Shown piece after piece: positions 8,203 through 16,800 of a DNA stretch of 19,595 nucleotides (positions are counted from its first letter, which is position 1; the number at the start of each line of letters is the position of its first letter). The notes beneath the pieces are model-generated. The model was not told the DNA's origin, made no database searches, and saw only the letters and a list, made by a program, of their open reading frames with translations. The translations under genes were made by a program, and so were the position numbers. Source of the DNA: Alkalispirochaeta sp. (lineage in GTDB: Bacteria; Spirochaetota; Spirochaetia; DSM-27196; Alkalispirochaetaceae); contig CBDESZ010000028.1 in NCBI GenBank assembly GCA_965242725.1, positions 1-19,595 of the forward strand, read 5' to 3'.

Positions 8203-9471
8203 ATGGATACGGGACGTGCAATTCGAGACCATCTGGAGACGGCATACACCGCTCCCATACGGGATCCCCTGTGGGGACACATGTACCTCTCACCGGCGAT
8301 GCTGCAGCTCGTGAATACACCCGAGTTTCAGCAACTCAGCCGAATCAAACAGCTTGGCCCCACCTTTCTCGTCTATCCGGGGGCGACCCACACCCGCCTC
8401 AACCACAGCCTTGGAGTCTTTCATCTCGCCCGCAGGATCATATCCCGCATCGTCTATCATCCCCAGTCGCCCCGTCTCTCCGTCGAGGGTGTGAAATCCT
8501 ATCTCGCCGCCGCACTGCTTCACGACGTCGGCCATTTCCCCTACACCCACAGCTTCAAGTCCCTCCCCCTGGCGGAACATGAACATCTCACCGGGCGGAT
8601 CGTCCAGACGGGGAAACTGAAGAAGCATCTCCGGGACGATCTGCAGGTGGATCCCCGCTACGTCGCCGCCATCGTTGACGAGACGATGGACGATGGAGGC
8701 GACGATGAGCTTCGACTCTATCGCAACCTGCTTTCGGGCAGTCTTGACCCGGACAAACTGGACTATCTCAACAGGGACGCCTATTTCTGCGGCGTGCCCT
8801 ATGGCTTCCAGGATATCGATTTCGCCATAAGCAGAATACGACCAAACGGTTATGAGGGAATCGGGCTGGAGGAGACGGGGGTTTCCGCGGTGGAAAACAT
8901 CCTCTTCTCGAAATTTCTCATGTACCGTGCCGTCTACTGGCACAGAACGGTGCGCGTCGCCACCGCAATGATTAAAAAGGCGGTTCATCTCGGGCTGGAG
9001 GAGGAGGTCATACGTCCCGACGACCTCTATGGTCTGGACGACGAACTTTTCATTGCGCGCTTCAGCGACCACCCCTTTGAACCTTTTCAGTTGATTGGTG
9101 AAGTCGGACAGCGCCGGCTGTTGAAGCCGGTTGCGACAATCTCCTTCGACCAGACCAACCCCGCCCACCATCAGTTGAGCGATATCTCAGCGCGACGGGC
9201 GGTGGAAGGCAGACTGGCCCGTCAGCTTGGCGTCCCGACCTATCGGGTAATCGTCGATATTCCCGATCCGATTTCATTTGAAGCCTATTTCCCGATATTC
9301 GAAGAGGAAAAACAGTACGAATTTTCCCAGAAGAGTGTCTTCTCCTCCGACGTGGTGCGGAGCTTCACCGAGACGTTGCGAAAAATCAGGCTCATGGTGC
9401 CCCGGGACACGGTCACCGACGACTTTGACGGTACCGCCCTTCTGGAGGAGTCCTTTCATGAACTGGGCTGA
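8203..9471 (+). CDS. HD-domain phosphohydrolase (COG1078 / SAMHD1-like dNTP triphosphohydrolase family)
   Basis: IRDPLWG, FQQLSRIKQLG, VYPGATHTRLNHSLG, ALLHDVGHFPYTH, LDPDKLDYLNRD and MYRAVYWH. The start is ATG 8203 or GTG 8194. Confidence 0.93.
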   Translation: MDTGRAIRDHLETAYTAPIRDPLWGHMYLSPAMLQLVNTPEFQQLSRIKQLGPTFLVYPGATHTRLNHSLGVFHLARRIISRIVYHPQSPRLSVEGVKSYLAAALLHDVGHFPYTHSFKSLPLAEHEHLTGRIVQTGKLKKHLRDDLQVDPRYVAAIVDETMDDGGDDELRLYRNLLSGSLDPDKLDYLNRDAYFCGVPYGFQDIDFAISRIRPNGYEGIGLEETGVSAVENILFSKFLMYRAVYWHRTVRVATAMIKKAVHLGLEEEVIRPDDLYGLDDELFIARFSDHPFEPFQLIGEVGQRRLLKPVATISFDQTNPAHHQLSDISARRAVEGRLARQLGVPTYRVIVDIPDPISFEAYFPIFEEEKQYEFSQKSVFSSDVVRSFTETLRKIRLMVPRDTVTDDFDGTALLEESFHELG

Positions 9472-10225
9472 GTTGATACAGACCCATCCTCCCCGCAGCG
9501 TCATGGGCTTCCTCAAACGGACGGGGCGCGGCATCAATCGGTACGGCATGATAGGTGACGGCGATCGGGTACTGCTCTCGGTATCCGGAGGCAAGGACTC
9601 CCTTGCAATGGCGCTGGCGTTGCGCATGCGTCTGCGCTTTGTACCCATTCACTACCATTTGGAAGCGGTTATGATCGACTGGCGGGAACATCCCCATACG
9701 CCGGCCTCCCTGGAGCGGATCCGGGCGTTTTTCAGACAGATCGAAATACCCCTCACAATCATTCCGGCCGACATGAAACCCGATTCCTTTCGCGGACGCT
9801 TTGACTGCTATCGATGCGGTCGCAATCGGCGGCGTATCCTCTTTGAGTACGTCAAGGATTGGGAAGGCCGCCCCCTCATTGCGACGGGACACCACCTGGA
9901 CGACGTCGTTCAGACGACGCTTATGAACATGGTTCTCTATGGGACCTTCGCCACGATGAATCCGGTACAGCCGTTTTTCAACGACTCCCTCCGGGTCATC
10001 CGCCCGCTCTGCGAAGTACGGGAAGATACGATCAGAACGGTGACGGAACGGTTTGAACTCCCCGTCTCTTCCATCGACTGTCCCTTCCGAACGGCCAACA
10101 TCCGCTCACGGGTCAATCCGATCGTCAGGGAGCTGGCGACGCTCCATCCCCAGGCGCGGGAACACATATTCCGCTCCCTTCACAATATTGATACCGAGTA
10201 TCTGCCGGCGAGTTGTGATCTCTAA
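9458..10225 (+). CDS. ttcA: TtcA-family tRNA 2-thiocytidine biosynthesis protein (PP-loop ATPase)
   Basis: SGGKDS PP-loop, CYRC, ATGHHLDD, IRPL and CP motif. Start at ATG 9458 after SD GGAGGAG, overlapping the end of the HD gene. Confidence 0.85.
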   Translation: MNWAELIQTHPPRSVMGFLKRTGRGINRYGMIGDGDRVLLSVSGGKDSLAMALALRMRLRFVPIHYHLEAVMIDWREHPHTPASLERIRAFFRQIEIPLTIIPADMKPDSFRGRFDCYRCGRNRRRILFEYVKDWEGRPLIATGHHLDDVVQTTLMNMVLYGTFATMNPVQPFFNDSLRVIRPLCEVREDTIRTVTERFELPVSSIDCPFRTANIRSRVNPIVRELATLHPQAREHIFRSLHNIDTEYLPASCDL

Positions 10226-10241
10226 AGGGATACTGTACACT
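10213..10241 (+). promoter_or_regulatory. Internal sigma70 promoter with a very short leader
   Basis: TTGTGA (10213-10218), 17 nt, TACACT (10236-10241), 9 nt, ATG 10251. No SD. Confidence 0.55.
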
Positions 10242-10250
10242 CGGAATTCA

Positions 10251-10709
10251 ATGAAGTCGAACCGACTAATGCAGGAGAGAATTCGTCGCGTCCACGTCCT
10301 GTTCCAGGAACTGGGATATGAACTGACGGAAAGTGAAACGACTGAAGAGAGCTACAGCGCCGGCTTTGTCGGTTCCGACGGCTTTCAGGCGGGCTTTTTC
10401 ATCGACGCAGATTCTAAATTCCTGGAGCTTGCCTTCACATTTACGTTCACCGCGGAGATGGCCAACTTCGTCCGGGAGCGCATTGAGGAAGGTATGCGCT
10501 CGCTGTACGAATTCGGATGTTATTTTTCTCTCCAGACGGACGAGCAGGATATCGTCCTCACCATTTTCAGTAAGATATACTTTGCAGGATTGAACTATTT
10601 TGCCCTGAAGGAAACGATTCGTGACTTTCGGGACGCGACAGAAGCGATACAGGATCTCTTTGATATACCGTTTGAGATCGAGAAGGGGGACGACGATGGA
10701 GATTCATAA
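10251..10709 (+). CDS. Hypothetical acidic protein, possibly YbjN / type III secretion chaperone-like fold
   Basis: 152 aa from ATG 10251, acidic, with a helix-strands-helix-strands-helix pattern. The fold call is inference only. Confidence 0.75.
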   Translation: MKSNRLMQERIRRVHVLFQELGYELTESETTEESYSAGFVGSDGFQAGFFIDADSKFLELAFTFTFTAEMANFVRERIEEGMRSLYEFGCYFSLQTDEQDIVLTIFSKIYFAGLNYFALKETIRDFRDATEAIQDLFDIPFEIEKGDDDGDS

Positions 10710-11379
10710 CGTCATGGAAGAGCTGGTGGCGTCCGTTGTGGAAGAAATCTCCCGGGACGACGCCGCGAGTGCCAAACCTCGGTACAGCGCCACCGAAGAG
10801 AGCCGGATGGACGCAATCTGCTATATACTCAACCGTACCACCCCCCGCTACGTCAGCTCCGGTCGCGGATTTGCCCATATTACAAATGAACTGCAGAACG
10901 ATCAGCAGCTGGGCGTCGATTTAATGCGCCTCGCTCACGAAGCGCTGCACCGGGTGAGCGCCGTTCGCCGCGATTTTTACAACGGCGGAAGCGCACCCCA
11001 CTCCGCGGGGCCGTGCTACAATTTTGGAACGATCAAGGGACGAATCCTCGACGGCGCGAGGTTTTCTCCGGTAAGCGGCGTGGCCGTGACGCTCATGCGC
11101 GACGGAACGGCTGTGGAAATGTTTGATACCCGCTGGTCAAATCCCTTTGAGATCCCCCCGCAGGCGCCGGGTACCTTCAATTTCTGGCCGGCACCCATCG
11201 CGGCATCCGACAACGCGGCGACGAAGGAGTTTCCCTTTGAACTGCGCGTGGAAGACCCGCGGTACGAACCGCTCAGCCACTTTTTCTCCGTGACTGCCCA
11301 CCGAGGCGAGCAGGAGACACGCACGATATCACTGGATCGCGATATCGTACTTCCCGACCTCTACCTCTTTACACGGTAG
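10696..11379 (+). CDS. ComFB-family protein with a C-terminal carboxypeptidase-regulatory/transthyretin-like beta domain
   Basis: MEIHNVMEELV and RMDAICYILNRTTPRYVSS match the ComFB signature (N.ME..V...D...ALN.lpP.Y). The tail GTIKGRILDG...PVSGVAVTL matches the beta-sandwich start. SD AAGGGGG. Confidence 0.85.
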   Translation: MEIHNVMEELVASVVEEISRDDAASAKPRYSATEESRMDAICYILNRTTPRYVSSGRGFAHITNELQNDQQLGVDLMRLAHEALHRVSAVRRDFYNGGSAPHSAGPCYNFGTIKGRILDGARFSPVSGVAVTLMRDGTAVEMFDTRWSNPFEIPPQAPGTFNFWPAPIAASDNAATKEFPFELRVEDPRYEPLSHFFSVTAHRGEQETRTISLDRDIVLPDLYLFTR

Positions 11380-11400
11380 GTTGACGACCCGCGGAGCCCT

Positions 11401-11691
11401 TCACTCATAGGACTCCGAGTGGGTCTGAACCTCCTGCACCCTTCCGGGGACGATGGTTTCAATGAACTCCAGGATCCGCTGAATCACCCGCTCGCCGTAT
11501 TGGCGGTTATTGCTGACCACGGCGACGCCGAGCTGACTGAAGGAGAGACTTTCCTCCAGATCCACCTCCGCCACGCTGACGCGGAATTTTCGATTCACCC
11601 TGTCCCGAACGCTGTGAACAATTCTCCGCTTGTCCTTGATGGAGGTCAGATCGGGAATTTCAATTATCACCAGGAGCATGGAGACGATCAT
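11401..11691 (-). CDS. DUF503 (YlxP-like) family protein
   Basis: SIKDKRRIVHSVRDRVNRKFRVSVAEVD...LGVAVVSN is the DUF503 signature. Confidence 0.9.
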   Translation of the reverse strand: MIVSMLLVIIEIPDLTSIKDKRRIVHSVRDRVNRKFRVSVAEVDLEESLSFSQLGVAVVSNNRQYGERVIQRILEFIETIVPGRVQEVQTHSESYE

Positions 11692-11697
11692 GGGAGA

Positions 11698-12825
11698 TCA
11701 CTCTTCGTCGAATAGACTGGATATATCGGCGACGGAGAGGGCGCTCCCGCTTTCGTTCTCCTGTGATGCACCTTCACGGTCCTTCATGGGCAGGAACACG
11801 CTGTTGTACTTCTCCGCTAGCCGGTAAATGTCGTCGTCCCGATAGCGGTCGGGAATGACAACTTCAAGTGAATAGGCGCCTTCACTCATGCCCCGACGCA
11901 TGACGTGTATGGGATCGGTGACGGTCAGGGCAAAGTGGGGGCTGTATATCACCATAAAGACGATTACAAGCGCGAGAATGACCGCAAAGTACTGCAGGTT
12001 ACGTCGTGCCTCTTCCTGTTGCACAGGACGAAGATCGAGGAACAGCCTCAGATTGTCCCTTTCGGCATAGGTGTAATCCTGGGAGGTGAAATAGCGATCC
12101 AGGTATCCCTGATCGTACCGGCTGTAGAGAACGTTCCCTCCCGCCTCGACGGAGATGATTTCCCGACGACTCTGGGCGTACGCTTTCAGGGACGCAATGC
12201 GATCGGGAGCGGCCAGCTCCTCGGCAAGGATATAATCAAGCGATTCCGAAGCGGTTTCCCGGTAGGCAAGTTCAAACGTTGGTACCGTCACAAACATACC
12301 CGCCACTGACAGGATAATGAGGGTAAAGACAATCGTCGTCACCGCGCTGGCGGTAATGAAGGCGACGTGGCGCTGGGCCATCTGGGAGTCGGTGTTCTTT
12401 ATCTTTTTGAAGATCTTCAGGACGCGAAGCAGTCTCAGCACCCGGGTAATCCTGATCGCCTTGACCACCTTGAGGACGTTGAGCATACCCCCGACACCAC
12501 CGACGGGAACGCCGCCGGCGAGAAGGGCGAGAAGGCGGGGTCCGCTGTTCAGCATCACCAGGGGGATGCTGGCGAGAAAATCAATCCATCCCCGTTCGTT
12601 CCAGAAATATCGGGAAAACTGACCGCGCCGGGACGCGTCGTAGCTGCGGACGGCAAACTCAATTGTAAAAAAGAGATCGAATGCAAATCCGGTGATCGTC
12701 AGTATCGTCCGCAGATCGCCGTTCCAGGACAGGAGTATGGCGAGATCCTCCAGGAACGTCTGAACGAGGACGAGGACGATTGCGACAATCACGATACCTT
12801 CCAGGAATGAACGAGTTTTACCCAT
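11698..12825 (-). CDS. Ion_trans-like voltage-sensor domain membrane protein with an extracytoplasmic domain and a C-terminal HAMP-like region
   Basis: S2 FDLFFTIEFAVR, S3 WIDFLASIP, S4 KVVKAIRITRVLRLLRVLKIFKKIK, two more TM helices, then TDPIHVMRRGM...DDIYRLAEKYN. Confidence 0.85.
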   Translation of the reverse strand: MGKTRSFLEGIVIVAIVLVLVQTFLEDLAILLSWNGDLRTILTITGFAFDLFFTIEFAVRSYDASRRGQFSRYFWNERGWIDFLASIPLVMLNSGPRLLALLAGGVPVGGVGGMLNVLKVVKAIRITRVLRLLRVLKIFKKIKNTDSQMAQRHVAFITASAVTTIVFTLIILSVAGMFVTVPTFELAYRETASESLDYILAEELAAPDRIASLKAYAQSRREIISVEAGGNVLYSRYDQGYLDRYFTSQDYTYAERDNLRLFLDLRPVQQEEARRNLQYFAVILALVIVFMVIYSPHFALTVTDPIHVMRRGMSEGAYSLEVVIPDRYRDDDIYRLAEKYNSVFLPMKDREGASQENESGSALSVADISSLFDEE

Positions 12826-12831
12826 AATTAC

Positions 12832-13755
12832 CTACCAGACATTTTCCGCAGCGATCTTGTACAGCTCATCGAGCATTTTCACGTCAAATCCGTAAAATTT
12901 GTAGTTCCGGCGTGCCGTAGAAAGCCAGCTCTTGTCGGGGCTGTCCGCGCCCCGGTCCACCTTGAGATTGGCTTGATAGTTCCGCCCCCGGGCGGCCAGT
13001 ATCGCCGCGAGACGGGCCGTCGCTTCTATATAGGGATTCTCGTTGAAGGAAACGCTTCCGTGAACGACGCTCTTCAATACCCCTTCAGGGACCGGTTTCA
13101 GTTCCCGCTGCAGCCGTTCAAGAATCTTTTCCGCAAACTGGTTTTGCACCATGCCGCTCGTCCGGTCCGGGTGGGCATTGCCGCCGCCGAGAAAGAGTAC
13201 AGCCGGCTTCAGAAGGAGGTTGAGATTCACGAAATTCACGACCTCGTCCTTTCCCATACGGAGGCGTTGGACTTTGGTCAATTCAAAATGGATATACGTC
13301 TTGCGGTAGAATACTTCGTCGAGGTAGCGATCGACCATGCCGGAAACGACGGCAGTATAGGGACCGGTAAAGGCGCGACGGGCTTCCGGTTTTTCAAGAA
13401 GACGCTCGATGAAGGCGTAAACCAGTTTTCCGACCTTCTGGACGTCCACACCCTGGTCCTCGATGAGATGGAAAAACGTGTAATTCAGTTTTTCCGTGGT
13501 AAGTCTTTGAATATCCGGGTAGAGACGGGTGTTGATCACGTTGTACAACTGATTCACCAGGAGCGCAAAGATCTGGTTCCAGTTTTTTCCCGGAAAGAAC
13601 TGGCGTGAACTGAGCGTCGGGGCCAGTTGCGCGGCGTTACCGTGCAGAAATTGAATGATCTGTTCTTCCTGCTGGAGGAGGGAGAAGCCATTGAGTGCGG
13701 GATTCTGCAGGAGTCGGCTGATAAAGGCCTGTGCTTTCTGGCTTTCGGTGTTCAT
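12832..13755 (-). CDS. Conserved-looking hypothetical helical protein (307 aa)
   Basis: Long clean ORF lying 6 nt upstream of the next gene. ATG at 13755 follows a promoter. Confidence 0.85.
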   Translation of the reverse strand: MNTESQKAQAFISRLLQNPALNGFSLLQQEEQIIQFLHGNAAQLAPTLSSRQFFPGKNWNQIFALLVNQLYNVINTRLYPDIQRLTTEKLNYTFFHLIEDQGVDVQKVGKLVYAFIERLLEKPEARRAFTGPYTAVVSGMVDRYLDEVFYRKTYIHFELTKVQRLRMGKDEVVNFVNLNLLLKPAVLFLGGGNAHPDRTSGMVQNQFAEKILERLQRELKPVPEGVLKSVVHGSVSFNENPYIEATARLAAILAARGRNYQANLKVDRGADSPDKSWLSTARRNYKFYGFDVKMLDELYKIAAENVW

Positions 13756-13770
13756 AATACTGTGGCGCAA

Positions 13771-13799
13771 AGCATACTATACCAGGGGGAAGGGCTCAA
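13771..13799 (-). promoter_or_regulatory. Sigma70 promoter for the hypothetical / VSD-HAMP / DUF503 operon
   Basis: TTGAGC (13799-13794), 17 nt, TATGCT (13776-13771), 15 nt, ATG. No SD. Confidence 0.55.
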
Positions 13800-13806
13800 G
13801 TCTGAC

Positions 13807-16800
13807 ATGGGGAGAGATCATCGGCACCTGTTCCATTTGATCATCGCGGTGATCTTCATCATCCCATCCGTCCCGGCTGCCGGGGAGAGCTGGGAACCCG
13901 AACGCTCGCTCATTGAGGAGGAGGCACCGCCCTACCTGCTTGACCTCTCTCTGGGCGGGAACGATGCGGAGCTTTTTCTCTCAGGCCTCTGGAACGCCTC
14001 GTCTGAGGTGGCATTGGGCATGGCCCTGCACCCGCCCCTTCCGGAGACGGGGCGTCGCGTCACCTTCGGCAGGAGATATCCCGGATTCGAAACAAACTTC
14101 TTCGCCCAGACCGTGGATCTCACCCTCTCACTGTGGCTCTATGAGCGGTACTTTTTTGAGGCGACCTTTGCCGACGATTCACGGCTCAACTCCATCGCCG
14201 CCGGTTACTACGCCGCGGAAGATGAGCTGGTCAGGGAGTTTGTCGTCGGGAACGTACCTCTTGCGGTCTCCCGGTATCCCTACCAGTACACGGGGAACCG
14301 TGCCAACCGTGCAGGTGCGACGCCAAATCCCGGTTCCCTGCTGCGCCTTGAAACGGGGTCCACTTTTCATGAGTTTCTCATTCAACTGGAAAATACAATG
14401 GAACGTCGCCTGCGCATTTCCGGAGGGCGTATCGTTGAAGAGGCGGTGATCCCGCCGGAGCAGTACCTCCGCGGCCTCTCCTTCGTACTCCCCGACGGCG
14501 GTGTTTCCCGGCTGACCGTCTTTCTCCAGGACCCGGACGGCCAGGTGCTCGGCCGTCTTCCCGGAGACGGCTCTCTGCGTCGCTTCCGCGTTCTCGACGA
14601 CGGCGCAGGGGAGTACGTCGCCGATCTTGACGCCGGGACGGTCCGCCTGGGCGACACAGTTCCGGGAAACCGTACCGTCGCCGTCTATTACGAGACGGCC
14701 TCGGGAGCGGTCGGTCAGGCAGGAAACGGCGCGGGAGGTATCGTCGCCCTCGATCCCCTCACGGCGGCGCCGACCGATCAGACGACGGATTTTGCGTTCG
14801 GAACGGACCCGCTTTACAACCTGACCGAAACGGCCGCCGACTATGAGGGAAACGACTTCCGCCTCCAGCTGACCGACGGCCGGAATGCCCTCATCATACG
14901 CTCCCCGGGACTCTGGTCTCCCTTTGAGGCGGCGGACCTGTACCGCCTCCCGGCGGGAGCGGATGAGACGGGACGGTACCGCCTCGTTCGGCGCGATACG
15001 CTTACGCCATATGAGAGCGACATTCAATTGAGTCGCCGGCCCGAGACGTCCATCCTCAGGGCCCGTCGTCCCGGGACGTCCCCCCGGGACCCGGACTACC
15101 GCTATCCCTGGGCGGCGGAAACACCCCGGGATCTCCATTCCCGCATGTACGGCCCCAGAAGTGCCGGATTATCGCGATTCAGCAACAGCGGAATCTACGT
15201 GGAATACGGAACGGCGGTGGGAACGATACAGCTCGACGGAGACGTTGTTCCGGGTTCCGTCGCGGTCCGGTCGGGCGGCGTCGCCGTCGCCGGGGCAGAC
15301 GTAGACTACGACGGATCGACCGTTTCCCTGCCACCCTCCGCGGGGGCGGGGAATGTGGACATCGTCTATCGCGTATATGGTGATGACGGCACGGGAGGCG
15401 ATATCATTGTCATCAACGGAAACCGATGGACACTGCGACCGGATCTCACCCTCTCCGCCGCCGCCGGAATCAGGTGGAACGTCACCGATGACGGCTACTC
15501 CACGGAAATGAATCAACACCCCGGGCAGATAACCCTCTCATCGGGAGTATCGTGGAGGGGCGACAATCTTCAGGTCGAGGCGTCCGGCGCGGCCCAGTTG
15601 TCACAAAGCGACACGACCGGATTCTTTCGCCTCTTCGGGGGCACATCCAGGGACTCGGTGCTCGCCCCGTCGGCGGAGACGGTGTTCCCGCCGGGGGCGG
15701 CGGAAATCCTTTCGACCCGGGACGTCGACTATGGAGGCCCGGACCTTGCAGCATCGGCCTTTGTCTATCCCCGCTACCGCGATTACTGGTCGACGGACCT
15801 CCTCGGAAACGTTGCGCTCGGGGAATATACCTCTTCAGTCGAGGCCGATACCGACCGCGCCAACGGACGCATCGGCCCCTACATCGCCCGCAGCAGCGAT
15901 ACCGGCTATCGCGGCACCGTCGCCGTTCTGGAGTGGGACGCCCTTCCCTCGGATCGGTGGACGGGAATACACATAAACCGGAACGCTCCGGAGCAGGATC
16001 TCCGGGACGCCCGATCCATTCTCGTCACCTGGCGGTACATTCCCGATACTCCCGGCGCCCCCACGCCGGAAATTCTCCTGGAGATGGGAGCCCTCGGTGA
16101 GGACCTTGACGGCGACGGAAGGCTCGACCGGGGCAGAAGCGCGGTGGACCCGTTGATAGAGTACAACGGTGCCGACGGCGTGCGGCGGGCGGGTCAGGAC
16201 GCGCCGATACTGCAGCGCAGTCACAGCGAGGATACGAACGGCAACAACGTTCTCGATACCGAGACCCCGTCGGCAGTCTTCTCCTATGTGCTTCAAGCCT
16301 ATCAGCCCGCCACCACCGAGGGGTGGCAGAGTGTGGAAATCTCCCTGGACGCGCTTGACCATACGGGCGCGCCCTCCGGTGCGGTAGCCCGCAGCCGCCT
16401 CGCCGCCGTCCGCGCGGCCCGCATCGTCGCCGCCGCGCCGACGGGTCAAAGCATACCGTCCGGACGCCTCCTCGTCGGCGAGATACGGGTACGCCGCACG
16501 GGAGCCGTCACCGTCACCGAGGCGGGAGACAATGACTCGGGCAGCGCCGGCATCGTTCCTGACCCGCTCTCCGGTACGGAAGCCCTTCGCAACCGCTTTC
16601 ATCCGGTTGGCGATCGCTTCGTCCCCGACGGCGAGGATCAGCGCGTCGCGGCACTCTCGTGGAGGGGAGGCGCCGCTTCGGTCGCCGCGGAAGTGTCCAC
16701 CCCTGACCTCTCGATAAACGAATACGCCACGGCGACAACCTACCTGTTTCTCGACGCCCCGGTCTCCGAGGGCGGACCGGAAAAGGTCGCCCTCCGTATC

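Noticed and set aside
8203..9471. HD protein as an anti-phage dNTPase defence system
   Set aside because: It sits in a housekeeping operon with ttcA, with no defence or mobile genes nearby.
13627..13806. N-terminal extension of the 1087-aa ORF
   Set aside because: It overlaps the divergent 12832..13755 gene and its promoter. ATG 13807 places the signal peptide at the N-terminus.
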